Below are positions 10,301 through 20,155 of a stretch of 64,000 nt of DNA, piece after piece. The DNA is taken from the NCBI GenBank assembly GCA_044222185.1, contig JBGANV010000009.1:96001-160000 (forward strand), in the 5' to 3' direction. The stretch is from Planctomycetota bacterium (lineage in GTDB: Bacteria; Planctomycetota; GCA-002687715; CAIWVZ01). The stretch's first letter is position 1. Each line of letters begins with the position of its first letter. The position numbers were made by a program, and so were the translations under genes. The notes under the pieces were generated by a model. That model ran no database searches, was not told the DNA's origin, and saw nothing but the letters and a program-made list of their open reading frames with translations.

Positions 10301-13300
10301 CGCGCACGGTGACGTGGACCGTCGACACGACGGCTCCCGTGATCACCGCGAGCGGAACGACGTTGACGCTGGGCTGCAACCCGAACGCGACGGACATCGA
10401 CGATGCCCTCGGCACCGCCACGGCCAGTGACAACTGCGGCCCGGTGACGCCGAGCGCGTCGACGGGCAGCGTGTCGATCTCCGGCTGCACGGCGACCCAG
10501 ACTCGCACCTGGACGGCGTCGGATGCCTGCAGCAACCCGGCGACGCCGGTGTCGCGCACGGTGACGTGGACCGTCGACACGACGGCCCCGGTGATCACTG
10601 CGAGCGGAACCACGCTGGCCTTGGGCTGCAACCCGAACGCGACGGACATCGAGGACGCACTCGGCACTGCGACCGCGAGCGACAACTGCGGCCCGGTGAC
10701 GCCAAGCGCGTCGACGGGCAGCGTGTCGACGTCCGGCTGCACGGCGAGCCAGACGCGCACGTGGACGGCGTCGGATGCCTGCGGCAACCCGGCGACGCCG
10801 GTCTCGCGCACGGTGACATGGACCGTCGACACGACGGCCCCTGTGATCACCGCGAGCGGCACGACGTTGGCCCTGGGCTGCAACCCGAACGCGGGTGACA
10901 TCGAGGCCGCCCTTGGTACCGCGACGGCCAGCGACAACTGTGGCCCGGTGACGCCCACCGCGTCAACGGGCAGCGTGTCGATCTCCGGCTGCACGGCAAC
11001 CCAGACTCGCACGTGGACGGCGTCGGACGCCTGCAGCAACCCGGCCACGCCGGTGTCGCGCACGGTGACGTGGACCGTCGACACGACGGCCCCGGTGATC
11101 ACCGCGAGCGGAACCACGTTGGCCTTAGGCTGCAACCCGAATGCGACGGACATCGAGGATGCACTCGGCACTGCGACCGCGAGCGACAACTGCGGCCCGG
11201 TGACGCCAAGCGCGTCGACGGGCAGCGTGTCGACGTCCGGCTGCACGGCGAGCCAGACTCGCACCTGGACGGCGTCGGATGCGTGCGGCAACCCGGCGAC
11301 GCCGGTGTCGCGCACGGTGACGTGGACCGTCGACACGACGGCTCCCGTGATCACCGCGAGCGGAACGACGTTGACGTTGGGCTGCAACCCGAACGCGACG
11401 GACATCGACGATGCCCTCGGCACTGCGACCGCGAGCGACAACTGCGGCCCGGTGACGCCCACCGCGTCAACGGGCAGCGTGTCGATCTCCGGCTGCACGG
11501 CGAGCCAGACCCGTACGTGGACGGCGTCGGATGCCTGTGGCAATCCGGCCACGCCGGTCTCGCGCACGGTGACCTGGACCGTCGACACGACGGCTCCGGT
11601 GATCACCGCGAGCGGAACGACGTTGAGCTTGGGCTGCAACCCGAACGCGGGCGACATCGAAGCCGCGCTCGGCACCGCGACGGCAACCGACAACTGTGGC
11701 CCGGTGACGCCGAGCGCGTCGACGGGCAGCGTGTCGACCTCCGGCTGCACGGCGAGCCAGACGCGCACGTGGACGGCGTCGGATGCCTGCGGCAATCCGG
11801 CGACGCCGGTGTCGCGCACGGTGACGTGGACCGTCGACACGACGGCGCCCGTGATCACCGCGGCCGGCACGACATTGACGCTCGGCTGCAACCCGAACGC
11901 GGGCGACATCGAAGCCGCGCTCGGCACGGCGACGGCAACCGACAACTGCGGCCCGGTGACGCCAAGCGCGTCGACGGGCAGCGTGTCGACGTCAGGCTGC
12001 ACGGCGAGCCAGACCCGTACGTGGACGGCGTCGGATGCCTGTGGCAATCCGGCCACGCCGGTGTCGCGCACGGTGACGTGGACCGTCGACACGACGGCTC
12101 CCGTGATCACCGCGAGCGGCACGACGTTGACCCTGGGCTGCAACCCGACCGTGACTCAGCTGAATGCCGCGCTTGGATCGGCGACCGCCACGGACAACTG
12201 TGGCCCCGTGACCCCGACGGCGTCCGACAGCTCGGTGACGCTCAGCGGTTGCACGGCGAGCCAGACACGGACTTGGACGGCATCGGACGCCTGCGGCAAC
12301 CCGGCGACGCCCGTATCCCGCACCGTGACGTGGACGTCGGACACGACGCCGCCCGTCGCCGTGTCCACAGGCCCGTTGAGCCCGTGCTTCACGACGCAGA
12401 CGGCAGCGCAAAACCAGGCGCTCGCGCATTCATCGGCGACCGACAATTGCACGGCGACGGGCTCGCTCGTGCCGCACGTGTCGACGTCGTTCAGTGGGTG
12501 CGTTGCGACGATCACGGTGACGTTCACGGACGGTTGCAACAACGAATCGAACGGCCTCGTCTACACGACCGTGGTGGATGCCACACCGCCGCAAATCACG
12601 GGATGTCCGACCAACATCACGGTTCCCGCCAACGCGGACCCGTGTTCGGCCATCGTCTCGTGGACGCCGCCGACGGCAAGCGACAACTGTGGAACCGTCA
12701 GCCTGATCCCATCCCTACCGCCGGGATCACTGTTCCCTCAGGGGACCACGACGGTGGTCTACACGGCGATCGACGGCTGCGGACTTGCGGCATCGTGCAG
12801 CTTCACCGTCACGGTGCAGCCAGTCGTCCCGCAGGTCACGGTACCGCCAGCGAGCCAGTCGATCTGCGTCAACGGCACGGCAACCTTCACCGTGACCGCG
12901 ACCCCGGCGTCGCCGACGTTGAGCTACCAATGGCGTCACGACGGGTCGCCGATCGGCGGCGCGACGGCGTCGACGCTCACGATCAGCAATGCGACCATCG
13001 CAGACGGCGGGACCTACGACGTGATCGTGATCAACGGCTGTGGACCGACGACATCAACGCCCGCCTCGTTGATCGTCAACACGGGCCCGACCATCGGTGT
13101 CCAACCGCAGGCATCCGCGGTGTGCATCGGCGCCAACTATCAGCTGAGCGTGGGGGCGAGTGGGTGTGCACCCGTCACGTATCAGTGGCGCAAGAACGGC
13201 GCGCCGATTTCGGGAGCCATCTCATCGTCGTACACGATCACGAACTTCCAGGTGGCGGATCGCGCGTTCTATGACGTCGTCGTGACGGATTGCTGTGGGT

Positions 13301-13959
13301 CCATCACGAGCGACTCGGTTCACATCACCGCGCTCTTCGCACCGCAGATCGTCGTTCCGCCGCCGAGTCGGACGGTCTACACCGGGGCGTCGACCACGTT
13401 CATCGTGCTGACGAACCAGCTGCAGCCGGAGACGTACCAGTGGCGCAAGGGGACGGTGCCGATTTCGGGCGCGACCGGAAGCACGTACACCATCCCACGT
13501 GTGCACCTGACGGACGCGGGCAGCTACGACGTCGTGGTGACCAACTCGTGCGGGAACCTCACGAGCGCCGCCGCGACGCTCAACGTGCTGCCGTTCACGT
13601 TGATCTTCGATCAGCCGTTCGGGCCGCTCTCCGTTCGCGTTCAGAACGTGGGCGGCGTGGCCGGAGACACTTACTTCTCCGCGTTCTCCATCGACCCGCT
13701 GAACGGGACCAACCCGGACCAGGGACCCTGGTTCGGAATGTGGATCACGCAGTCGGACCTGGTGCAGCAATTCCTGTTCGGGTTCCCGCCGTTCGTCGGC
13801 AACCTCGACGGCTCCGGCGGTTCGTTCTTCGCGCTGCCGGCCAACGGCCTCGCGCCGTCGCTGACGGGTTTCACGTTCTATGGCGTCACCCTCATGGCCG
13901 ACCTGAGCGGACCGACGATCCATGGTGCGTCGAACATCCCGTCGTTGACGGTACAGTGA
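7375..13959 (+). CDS. Secreted ELWxxDGT-repeat beta-propeller protein with Ig-like domains, a 13x84-aa stalk, HYR-like domain and shared C-terminal domain
   Basis: ATG 7375 is followed by a signal peptide (AACALALVATISISSIAQ). Many ELWRTDGT/ELWKTDG/KDINPG motifs, and YQWRKNG...D.G.YDV Ig motifs. Confidence 0.92.
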   Translation: MSPRKPGSDAFRAACALALVATISISSIAQSTQVKDINPGAAHSLLNGPKFIVFGGFTYFRATDGVNGVELWRTDGTTGNTTLVMDVNPGSASSFPDNFAVVGSNLFFTATTAAAGNELWKTDGVTTQLVKDINPGATGSSPGDLVEMGGSLYFAADDGTTGRELWTSDGTLGGTFLLKDIAPGQIIFFPPFSSNPRFLTTIGSTVYFSADDKLTGTELWKTNGTPGGTVLVKDIFPGNTFGPNASNPEFLTAVGTTLFFRATDGVNNVELWRSNGTAGTTVLVQDINPAAGTSLPQELKAVGTTLFFQADDGTNGAELWKCAPPYTSAALVKDISPGANPSTPIELANVNGVLYFQADDGTNGAELWKSDGTTGGTVMVKNIDPSTFPVPGSGFPMNIVAVGVCGAVFSANDGTGFELWRTDGTAAGTIRVQDILAGAQGSMDFVRPEFTLFGTDVLFAARLTQGVEPFKVAQSAVAGGAPLITVNPLGGTFCPGSTIVLSVTATGGGLSYQWRKNTVTLGGETNPTLTINGATAADDGSYDVVVTSSCGSVTSTAAVVVVADTQAPVITATGTTLTLGCNPTPTQIDNALGTATATDNCSSVTPTPSDSGVTSTGCQRSQTRTWNAVDASSNAATPVSRTVTWTEDTTAPVITASGTTLTLGCNPNAGDIANALGTATASDNCGSVTPNASTGSVSMSGCTASQTRTWTASDACGNPATPVSRTVTWTVDTTAPVITASGTTLALGCNPNATDIEDALGTATASDNCGPVTPSASTGSVSTSGCTASQTRTWTASDACGNPATPVSRTVTWTVDTTAPVITASGTTLTLGCNPNATDIEDALGTATASDNCGPVTPTASTGSVSISGCTATQTRTWTASDACSNPATPVSRTVTWTVDTTAPVITASGTTLALGCNPNATDIEDALGTATASDNCGPVTPSASTGSVSISGCTASQTRTWTASDACSNPATPVSRTVTWTVDTTAPVITASGTTLTLGCNPNATDIDDALGTATASDNCGPVTPSASTGSVSISGCTATQTRTWTASDACSNPATPVSRTVTWTVDTTAPVITASGTTLALGCNPNATDIEDALGTATASDNCGPVTPSASTGSVSTSGCTASQTRTWTASDACGNPATPVSRTVTWTVDTTAPVITASGTTLALGCNPNAGDIEAALGTATASDNCGPVTPTASTGSVSISGCTATQTRTWTASDACSNPATPVSRTVTWTVDTTAPVITASGTTLALGCNPNATDIEDALGTATASDNCGPVTPSASTGSVSTSGCTASQTRTWTASDACGNPATPVSRTVTWTVDTTAPVITASGTTLTLGCNPNATDIDDALGTATASDNCGPVTPTASTGSVSISGCTASQTRTWTASDACGNPATPVSRTVTWTVDTTAPVITASGTTLSLGCNPNAGDIEAALGTATATDNCGPVTPSASTGSVSTSGCTASQTRTWTASDACGNPATPVSRTVTWTVDTTAPVITAAGTTLTLGCNPNAGDIEAALGTATATDNCGPVTPSASTGSVSTSGCTASQTRTWTASDACGNPATPVSRTVTWTVDTTAPVITASGTTLTLGCNPTVTQLNAALGSATATDNCGPVTPTASDSSVTLSGCTASQTRTWTASDACGNPATPVSRTVTWTSDTTPPVAVSTGPLSPCFTTQTAAQNQALAHSSATDNCTATGSLVPHVSTSFSGCVATITVTFTDGCNNESNGLVYTTVVDATPPQITGCPTNITVPANADPCSAIVSWTPPTASDNCGTVSLIPSLPPGSLFPQGTTTVVYTAIDGCGLAASCSFTVTVQPVVPQVTVPPASQSICVNGTATFTVTATPASPTLSYQWRHDGSPIGGATASTLTISNATIADGGTYDVIVINGCGPTTSTPASLIVNTGPTIGVQPQASAVCIGANYQLSVGASGCAPVTYQWRKNGAPISGAISSSYTITNFQVADRAFYDVVVTDCCGSITSDSVHITALFAPQIVVPPPSRTVYTGASTTFIVLTNQLQPETYQWRKGTVPISGATGSTYTIPRVHLTDAGSYDVVVTNSCGNLTSAAATLNVLPFTLIFDQPFGPLSVRVQNVGGVAGDTYFSAFSIDPLNGTNPDQGPWFGMWITQSDLVQQFLFGFPPFVGNLDGSGGSFFALPANGLAPSLTGFTFYGVTLMADLSGPTIHGASNIPSLTVQ
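9064..12339 (+). repeat. Intragenic tandem repeat, 13 units of exactly 252 nt (84 aa)
   Basis: The DTTAPVIT codons recur at 9064, 9316, 9568, 9820 ... 12088, with the next boundary at 12340. Units are near-identical and usually carry 4 Cys. Confidence 0.95.
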
Positions 13960-14112
13960 GCCGATCTTGATTTCGCGAGCGGCGCCCATGGGAAGCATCC
14001 CGTGCTGGCGCCGCGGTTCGAATGGGCGGTGATCGTGTTGTCCCCGGGCACGATCCCCGATTAAGCTCTGCGCTTCTTGAGTGCCCGATCAGGCACCAGG
14101 GAAAGACCACAA

Positions 14113-16179
14113 ATGGCATCTCGATTCGGAGCGCCGCGCGGCCGGCGCACGGGGAACGGTCCAGTCAGCTCCTGGATGGTGCGCATCGGCCTCGTGGCCG
14201 CGGCCCTGACGGCTGGCATCGCCGGCCAGTCCTCCCGGCTCGCCGACGCACCCGGGAACGGGTCGCCGGTGGGCTTCGGGGTGCTCAACTCAGTGGCGTA
14301 CTTCTCCTACGACGACGGAGTCAATGGGGCGGAGCTGTGGAGGACGGACGGCACGGTCGCCGGGACGTCGCTCGTTGCCAATTTGAATCCCGGCGGGCCG
14401 TCTTCGCCGCATGCGTTCACGGCGTCGGGCGGGCGGCTGTTCTTCGTCGCTGACGACGGTGCCACCGGCGCCGAGCTCTGGTCTACGGACGGAGTGACGA
14501 CGGCGCTCGTGCTCGACGTCAACCCCGGCCCCCTCGGCTCCTCGCCCGATTGGCTCACGGACGTCAATGGGACGTTGTTCTTCAGCGCCGAAACGGCCAC
14601 GCAGGGGCGCGAGCTGTGGAGCAGCGACGGGACTGCCGCGGGGACCGTACTCGTCAAGGACATCGCGCCGGGGCAGCTCGTGTTCTTCCCGCCGTTCAGC
14701 TCCAACCCGTCGTGGCTGGTCAACCTGAACGGCGTGCTCTACTTCGCCGCCGACGACACGGTCTCGGGCTTCGAGCTGTGGAAGAGCAACGGAACCGCGG
14801 CTGGCACCGTGCTCGTGAAGGACATCTACCCGGGTGCCGTCTTCGGACCCAACAGCTCCGTGCCATCGGAGCTGACGGTGGTCAGCGGCGTACTGTTCTT
14901 CCGCGCGACGGACGGCGTCACCGGCTACGAGCTGTATCGCAGCCTCGGAACCGCGGCGTCGACGCTTCGCGTCGCGGACATCCAACCCGGGATCGCGAGC
15001 GGGTTCCCCGAACGTCTGCGCGCCATCGGTACGACGCTGTACTTCACGGCGAACAATGGCGTGAGCGGGATCGAGCTGTGGAAGACCGCGCCGCCGTTCA
15101 CGACCGCGACGCAGGTCCTCGACATCAACCCCGGCCCGACGTCGTCGACCCCGACGCAGCTCGCGGTCGTGGGCGGGGTCCTGTATTTCGCTGCTGACGA
15201 CGGCGCACACGGTGTCGAGTTGTGGACGAGCAACGGCACGGCCGGCGGCACGACGCTCGTGCTCGACGCGAACCCAGGCACGGCGAACGGCAACCCCAAG
15301 GGCATCGTCGACGTTCTCGGATGCGGCGGGGCCGTCCTTGCACTCGATGGGGGATCGGGCTCGGAGCTGTGGCGCACCGACGGCACGGCCGCGGGGACGT
15401 CGCAGATCCACGAAATTGCCGTCGGACCGACGGGAGCGTTCGACACCGTCGCGCCGCAGTTCGCACTCGTGGCCAACCGGATCGTGTTCGCGGCCGACGA
15501 CGGCGTGACGGGGAACGAGCCCCGAACGCTCTTTGCGGGATCGGTCGCGATCGGAGGGCCGCGCTTCACGCAGAATCCGCTCTCCCAGTCCCTCTCGTCC
15601 GGCGCGACGTTGACGTTGTCGGCTGCGGCCCCGAATGCGGCGTCGTTCCAATGGCGAAAGGACCAGGTGGCGATCCCCGGCGCGACGAGCGCGACGTTGG
15701 TGATCCCGTCGGTGACGCCGGCTCACGCGGGCGTCTATGACGTCGTCGCGACGAACGCTTGCGGCGACGCGGCGAGTGCGGCCGCGACCGTCACCGTCTC
15801 GGGATTCACTCTCGTCTTCGACCAACCTCTCGGAAGCCGCTCGATCCGGACCCAGAACTCCAACGGCATTCCGGGACTCCTGTACTTCACGGCGGTCTCC
15901 GCGGACCCGACCAACGGTGCGACTCCCGGAGCGGGGCCGTGGTTCGGCATGTTCATCGACTTCAACGATCTCGTGAACCAGTTCCTCATCGGGTTCCCGC
16001 CGTTCGTCGGAGTGTTGGATCCGGCAGGCGGCTCGCTGTTCGTGCTCCCCGGCGGCAGCCTGGATGTGTCGCTGGTGGGCATCAGCTTCTGGGCAGTTTC
16101 GGTGATGGCGGACCTCTCGGCACCCGGTGGCCCAGTCATCGTCGGGGCAACCAACGTCGCGAGCGTGACGATCCAGTAA
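14113..16179 (+). CDS. Secreted ELWxxDGT-repeat protein, short paralog of the upstream gene
   Basis: Signal-like segment (IGLVAAALTAGIAGQ), ELWRTDGT repeats, one Ig domain, and a C-terminal domain clearly homologous to that of 7375..13959. Start may be ATG 14113 or slightly downstream. Confidence 0.9.
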   Translation: MASRFGAPRGRRTGNGPVSSWMVRIGLVAAALTAGIAGQSSRLADAPGNGSPVGFGVLNSVAYFSYDDGVNGAELWRTDGTVAGTSLVANLNPGGPSSPHAFTASGGRLFFVADDGATGAELWSTDGVTTALVLDVNPGPLGSSPDWLTDVNGTLFFSAETATQGRELWSSDGTAAGTVLVKDIAPGQLVFFPPFSSNPSWLVNLNGVLYFAADDTVSGFELWKSNGTAAGTVLVKDIYPGAVFGPNSSVPSELTVVSGVLFFRATDGVTGYELYRSLGTAASTLRVADIQPGIASGFPERLRAIGTTLYFTANNGVSGIELWKTAPPFTTATQVLDINPGPTSSTPTQLAVVGGVLYFAADDGAHGVELWTSNGTAGGTTLVLDANPGTANGNPKGIVDVLGCGGAVLALDGGSGSELWRTDGTAAGTSQIHEIAVGPTGAFDTVAPQFALVANRIVFAADDGVTGNEPRTLFAGSVAIGGPRFTQNPLSQSLSSGATLTLSAAAPNAASFQWRKDQVAIPGATSATLVIPSVTPAHAGVYDVVATNACGDAASAAATVTVSGFTLVFDQPLGSRSIRTQNSNGIPGLLYFTAVSADPTNGATPGAGPWFGMFIDFNDLVNQFLIGFPPFVGVLDPAGGSLFVLPGGSLDVSLVGISFWAVSVMADLSAPGGPVIVGATNVASVTIQ

Positions 16180-16252
16180 TCGCCGCGCCGAAGCAGGAAT
16201 CGCGGCGGCGTTTGCGCAGTTACAATCGCCGCCCGATTCCAGGACAATTCCC

Positions 16253-17326
16253 ATGCACATGGCCCGCATCCCCGTTCTCGCGTTCATCCTCCTCGCCGGC
16301 TCTCTCGTCGCGCAAGTCGCGCCGTCGAAGCCCGCGCCCAGGCTCAAGTTCGAGGAGCAGGAGTTCGACTTCGGCAAGCTCAAGACGGAGGCGAAGGTCA
16401 CGCACGTCTTCAAGTTCCGCAACGTGGCCGAGGCGGCCACGGTCGAGATCAAGGGCGTGCAGGCGAGCTGCGGATGCACCACGACCGAGCTGTCGAAGAA
16501 GTCGTTCGCGCCCGGTGAGACCGGCGAGATCTCGGCAACGTTCGATCCGCGCATGCGCCAAGGGAAGGAGCGCAAGGTCATCACGGTGACCACGGACGAT
16601 CCCGCCGCCGAGAAGATGGAGCTCGTCCTGCTCGTCGAAGTCATTCCGCAGATCATCATCGAGCCGCTCGCGGCGTACCTCGGTGAAGCGCGCTTCGACG
16701 AAGTGGCCAAGGCGACCCCGCCGCTGAAGAAGACGATCCAGATCAGCATCCGCGGCGAGGTCTGCAAGGTGAAGGGTGTGAGCATCGACGACAAGCGCGT
16801 CGAGCTGCGCAACCTGGGAACCGGTCCGGCGGAAGTCGACGGAGAGAAGGTCGAGCGCACGACGTTCGAGGTCGCTCTCGAGAAGAACACGACCATCGGC
16901 CGCATCCAGACGCAGGTCGTCGTCGAAACGACGGACGTCAACCGTCCCAAGCTCTACATCCCGATCATCATGGACATCGTCGGGGAGCTGCGCTTCTACG
17001 AGTACCCCTGGTATCTGCGCATGACGGGCGCCGGGCAGGCGGTCTCCCAGGTGTTTCAGGTCGGCTCGCGCACGATGAAGCCGTTCAAGGTGCTCTCGGC
17101 CACCGTCGACGGCGGAGACAAGATGCCGCTGACGATCGCGTTCGAGCCCGCGCCTGACACCAACAACACGACCTGGAAGTTCACGCTCAAGGGCACGGCG
17201 CCGGCAGGCGGGACCGCGATTGCCGGCAAGGTCACGTTCAAGACCGACATCGACATCCAGCCCGATGTCGAGATCCCCGTGAGCGGCTTCGTGCCGATGG
17301 CGCAGCCGACCGCCGGCGGGCACTGA
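16253..17326 (+). CDS. DUF1573 domain (Ig-like) exported protein
   Basis: Signal peptide; F.FG......HVFKFRN...ASCGCT...PGETGEI...FD pattern typical of DUF1573. Confidence 0.8.
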   Translation: MHMARIPVLAFILLAGSLVAQVAPSKPAPRLKFEEQEFDFGKLKTEAKVTHVFKFRNVAEAATVEIKGVQASCGCTTTELSKKSFAPGETGEISATFDPRMRQGKERKVITVTTDDPAAEKMELVLLVEVIPQIIIEPLAAYLGEARFDEVAKATPPLKKTIQISIRGEVCKVKGVSIDDKRVELRNLGTGPAEVDGEKVERTTFEVALEKNTTIGRIQTQVVVETTDVNRPKLYIPIIMDIVGELRFYEYPWYLRMTGAGQAVSQVFQVGSRTMKPFKVLSATVDGGDKMPLTIAFEPAPDTNNTTWKFTLKGTAPAGGTAIAGKVTFKTDIDIQPDVEIPVSGFVPMAQPTAGGH

Positions 17327-17401
17327 GCCCCTCGCGGGGCGCCGCCGTTGCGGCGGCCGTTCACTGGCGCCCCGACCCGCATTCGAACTCGTCTCCGCGA
17401 A

Positions 17402-17835
17402 GGAGCGCCGATTCTCCGACGTCTCGTCGGGAATCGGCCGGATCGCCGCGCGTCTCGCGCGGCCCGGTGCGCGTCGATGGGTGTGGGGCATTCGAGGACT
17501 GACATCGGCATGATCTTCGAATGCGCCGAGGCGACGAGTGTCGGCCGGACCGGACTCCTCGGCTTCGCCGCGGTAGTCCGGCGGTCCCGCCGGTCGCGTT
17601 CGAGCTTCGCTCGAAGTCGACGCGGCGCTCCTCGCGGGGCGATCGGGGTTCTCTGCCTCATCGCGTCGGTGGTATCCGCTCGTCCCGATCAGCGCTCGAA
17701 CTCGTCTCCGCGAAGGAGCGCCGATTCTCCGACGTCTCGTCGGGAATCGGCCGGATCGCCGCGCGTCTCGCGCGGCCCGGTGCGCGTCGATGGGGCAGGG
17801 CGTCCGAGCTTCGCTCGAAGTCGACGCGGCGCTCC
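17402..17835. repeat. REP/BIME-like array, copy 1: A(17402)-linker-B(17542-17631)-linker-A(17715)-truncated B
   Basis: A = GGAGCGCCGATTCTCCGACGTCTCGTCGGGAATCGGCCGGATCGCCGCGCGTCTCGCGCGG; B ends ...TTCGAGCTTCGCTCGAAGTCGACGCGGCGCTCC. The same modules flank the RAYT at 62-64 kb. Confidence 0.9.
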
Positions 17836-17891
17836 TCGCCGACCCACGGGTGCTTCCGTCGGGCCGGCGGTCGCGGCATCATGCGACCGCC

Positions 17892-18344
17892 ATGGCGAAC
17901 GTGGTCCGACTCATCCTCCGACTTGCGCTCGGCGCCCTGTTCTTGTTCAGCGGCATCAACAAGCTGCGAGATCCGGGGATGTTCGCGTTCTCCGTGAACG
18001 CGTTCAAACTCGGACTGCCCGAGCCAGCGACCGTCCTCTTGGCATTTGCATTCCCGTGGATCGAAGTCGTCGCCGGCGCGTGCCTCGTCCTCGGATGCTG
18101 GACCCGGTCGGCCGCCTTCGTCGTCGCGGTACTGATGATCGGGTTCATCGGCGGAATCATCTCGTTACAGGTGCGGCAGATGGACGTCGAATGCCCCTGC
18201 TTCGGCAAGTTCGAAGTGATGTGCACGGGACCCATGGGCACGTGCCACATCATCCGCAACGCGATCCTCGCCGCCGTGGCCGCGACCGTGATGGTGATCG
18301 GCTCGGGCGCGTTCGCCCTGCGTCGCGATCAGAGCCCCAGATAG
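17892..18344 (+). CDS. DoxX/MauE family membrane protein
   Basis: RLALGALFLFSGINK...P..E...G...LG and CPCFG motifs; about four TM segments. The 3' end overlaps the convergent ETF-QO gene. Confidence 0.8.
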   Translation: MANVVRLILRLALGALFLFSGINKLRDPGMFAFSVNAFKLGLPEPATVLLAFAFPWIEVVAGACLVLGCWTRSAAFVVAVLMIGFIGGIISLQVRQMDVECPCFGKFEVMCTGPMGTCHIIRNAILAAVAATVMVIGSGAFALRRDQSPR

Positions 18345-19966
18345 CGGGGACCGCCGGAGTCCGGCGGCACTGTCCAGGTGATCACGGCGTACGGATCGAG
18401 GATGTCGCACGTCTTGCAGTGGACGCAGTTCGAGAAGTTGATCTGCATGCGCTTCTTGCCTGCGCCCGCGTCGACCATCTCGTAGACCGCCGCAGGGCAG
18501 AACCGCTCGCAGGGGTTGCCGTACTCTTCGCGGCACTTGGACGCACAGAGATTCAGGTCCGCGATCTTCAGGTGCGACGGCTGATGCTCTTCATGCGTCG
18601 ACCCTGATTGGAAGACCCCCGTGAGCTTGTCGAACGTGAGCTTGCCGTCCTGCTTGAACGTGCGGCCAGCCGCCGCGTCGCCCTTCTTCATCGCCTCGTG
18701 GTCGGAGTGAATGGGCAGGAAGTCGCTGAAGATCTTCCCGCCGAGTGCCCACATCAATCCGGCGTGCACCTTGCCCAGGGCGAATCCCTTCTGGAATGCC
18801 TGCCGCCAGTTGCGCACGCGCCACAACTCCTCCTTGATCCACGACGCGCCGATCCTGGATTCGTACGCGGACAGCGCGGCCTCCGACGTATCGCCCTTCA
18901 TGAGTGCGTCGAAGATCGTCTCGGCGGCGAGCTGCCCCGATTTGATGGAGGTGTGGATGCCCTTCAGGCGCGCGATGTTCAGCACCGATCCGGAATCGCC
19001 GACGATGAGGAAACCATCGCCGTAGCTCCTGGGCCGAGACCACCACCCACCTTCAGGGATCGTCTTCGCTCCGGCCTTCAACACCGTGCCACCGTCCAGC
19101 AGGCGCCGCACGAACGGATGTGTCTTCCAGGTCTGCATCGTTTCGTACGGATCGATGCCTGGGGCGCCGCCGTCGAGTGCCGTCACGAACCCCACTGACA
19201 GCTTCGTGTCCGACTGGGCGTAGATCCACGACCCGCCGTACGTCGTGTTGGGGAGCGGCCAACCCGCCGAGTGATAGACGGTGCCCTTCGTCACGCGCCC
19301 CGCGGGGATCTCCCACAGCTCCTTCACGCCGGTGCCGTAGACCTGCGGATTGCGGCCGTGCAGCTTCAGCTTGTCGACGACCTGTTTCGTGAGGGAACCA
19401 CGCGACCCCTCTCCGAGCACGGTCACACGCGCGACGATCTCGGCGCCGGGAGTGAACCCGGGGCCGGGTTTGCCGTCAGGCTCCACGCCCTGATCCGACA
19501 GCCGCACTCCCGTCACCTTCGTCCCGTCGATGACAGCCTCGCTACCGGCATACCCCTCGGCGACCATGATCCCGAGCGACTCCACCTGCTCCTTCATCCA
19601 CCGCGTGACGTTCGAGAGCGCGACGATGACGTTCCCGTGGTTCTTCAACGGAGGCGGCAGGAACGGCAGCGGCTTGGCCTGATCCGACGTGAACTGGAGG
19701 ACCTGTTCGTTCGTGACGTCAGCTTCGACAGGGCACCCGCGCGTCCGCCAGTCCGCGCCCCATGCCTCGTTCATGCCTCGGGGGTCCATGACGGCACCCG
19801 AGAGGATGTGATCGCCGACCGCACGGGCCTTCTCGATCACCATGATCTGGACGTCGCCGAGTTTCCCTGCCGCCTCGAGTTTCTTGCCGAGACACCAGGC
19901 GGCCGTGAGATTGGCAGGCCCTGCTCCAACGAACAGGACGTCGACGGGCATTTGTTCGCGGTCCAT
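18329..19966 (-). CDS. Electron transfer flavoprotein-ubiquinone oxidoreductase
   Basis: GAGPA FAD motif, HILSGAVMDP, GEGSRGSL, KGIH and C-terminal 4Fe-4S motifs CERFCPAAVYE and CVHCKTC. Confidence 0.95.
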   Translation of the reverse strand: MDREQMPVDVLFVGAGPANLTAAWCLGKKLEAAGKLGDVQIMVIEKARAVGDHILSGAVMDPRGMNEAWGADWRTRGCPVEADVTNEQVLQFTSDQAKPLPFLPPPLKNHGNVIVALSNVTRWMKEQVESLGIMVAEGYAGSEAVIDGTKVTGVRLSDQGVEPDGKPGPGFTPGAEIVARVTVLGEGSRGSLTKQVVDKLKLHGRNPQVYGTGVKELWEIPAGRVTKGTVYHSAGWPLPNTTYGGSWIYAQSDTKLSVGFVTALDGGAPGIDPYETMQTWKTHPFVRRLLDGGTVLKAGAKTIPEGGWWSRPRSYGDGFLIVGDSGSVLNIARLKGIHTSIKSGQLAAETIFDALMKGDTSEAALSAYESRIGASWIKEELWRVRNWRQAFQKGFALGKVHAGLMWALGGKIFSDFLPIHSDHEAMKKGDAAAGRTFKQDGKLTFDKLTGVFQSGSTHEEHQPSHLKIADLNLCASKCREEYGNPCERFCPAAVYEMVDAGAGKKRMQINFSNCVHCKTCDILDPYAVITWTVPPDSGGPRYLGL

Positions 19967-20030
19967 GGTTTCGACTGTACTGGCGGCCCGCGAGCGGCCG
20001 AAGCGGGCGAACGTGCGAGTTTCGCGGCGA

Positions 20031-20058
20031 TTGATGGGGCGGAAGTGAGGGCTATAAT
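20031..20058 (+). promoter_or_regulatory. sigma70-type promoter for tRNA-Cys/gltX
   Basis: TTGATG-16 nt-TATAAT followed by a GC-rich discriminator (CCGCGCCC), about 100 nt upstream of tRNA-Cys. Confidence 0.65.
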
Positions 20059-20155
20059 CCGCGCCCAGCTTCGGCCGGAAGGCTCTTCAAATCGCATGGC
20101 GGCGGCCACGGGTCGCAGTTGCGCCGAGAGGAAGGGACGCCCGATCGATCGCTTC

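Noticed and set aside
9069-12143. 1024 aa minus-strand ORF and many other long overlapping ORFs (e.g. 1089..3005, 14290..16950, 20087..22243, 30633..32582)
   Set aside because: Antisense or off-frame shadows of real genes in high-GC DNA. They are Arg/Ala/Val-rich with no family motifs, and one runs through tRNA-Cys.
17348-18607. ORFs with mutually similar peptides across repeat regions (also 62361..63341 and 63375..63863)
   Set aside because: The similarity comes only from translating the DNA repeats; there is no coding signal.
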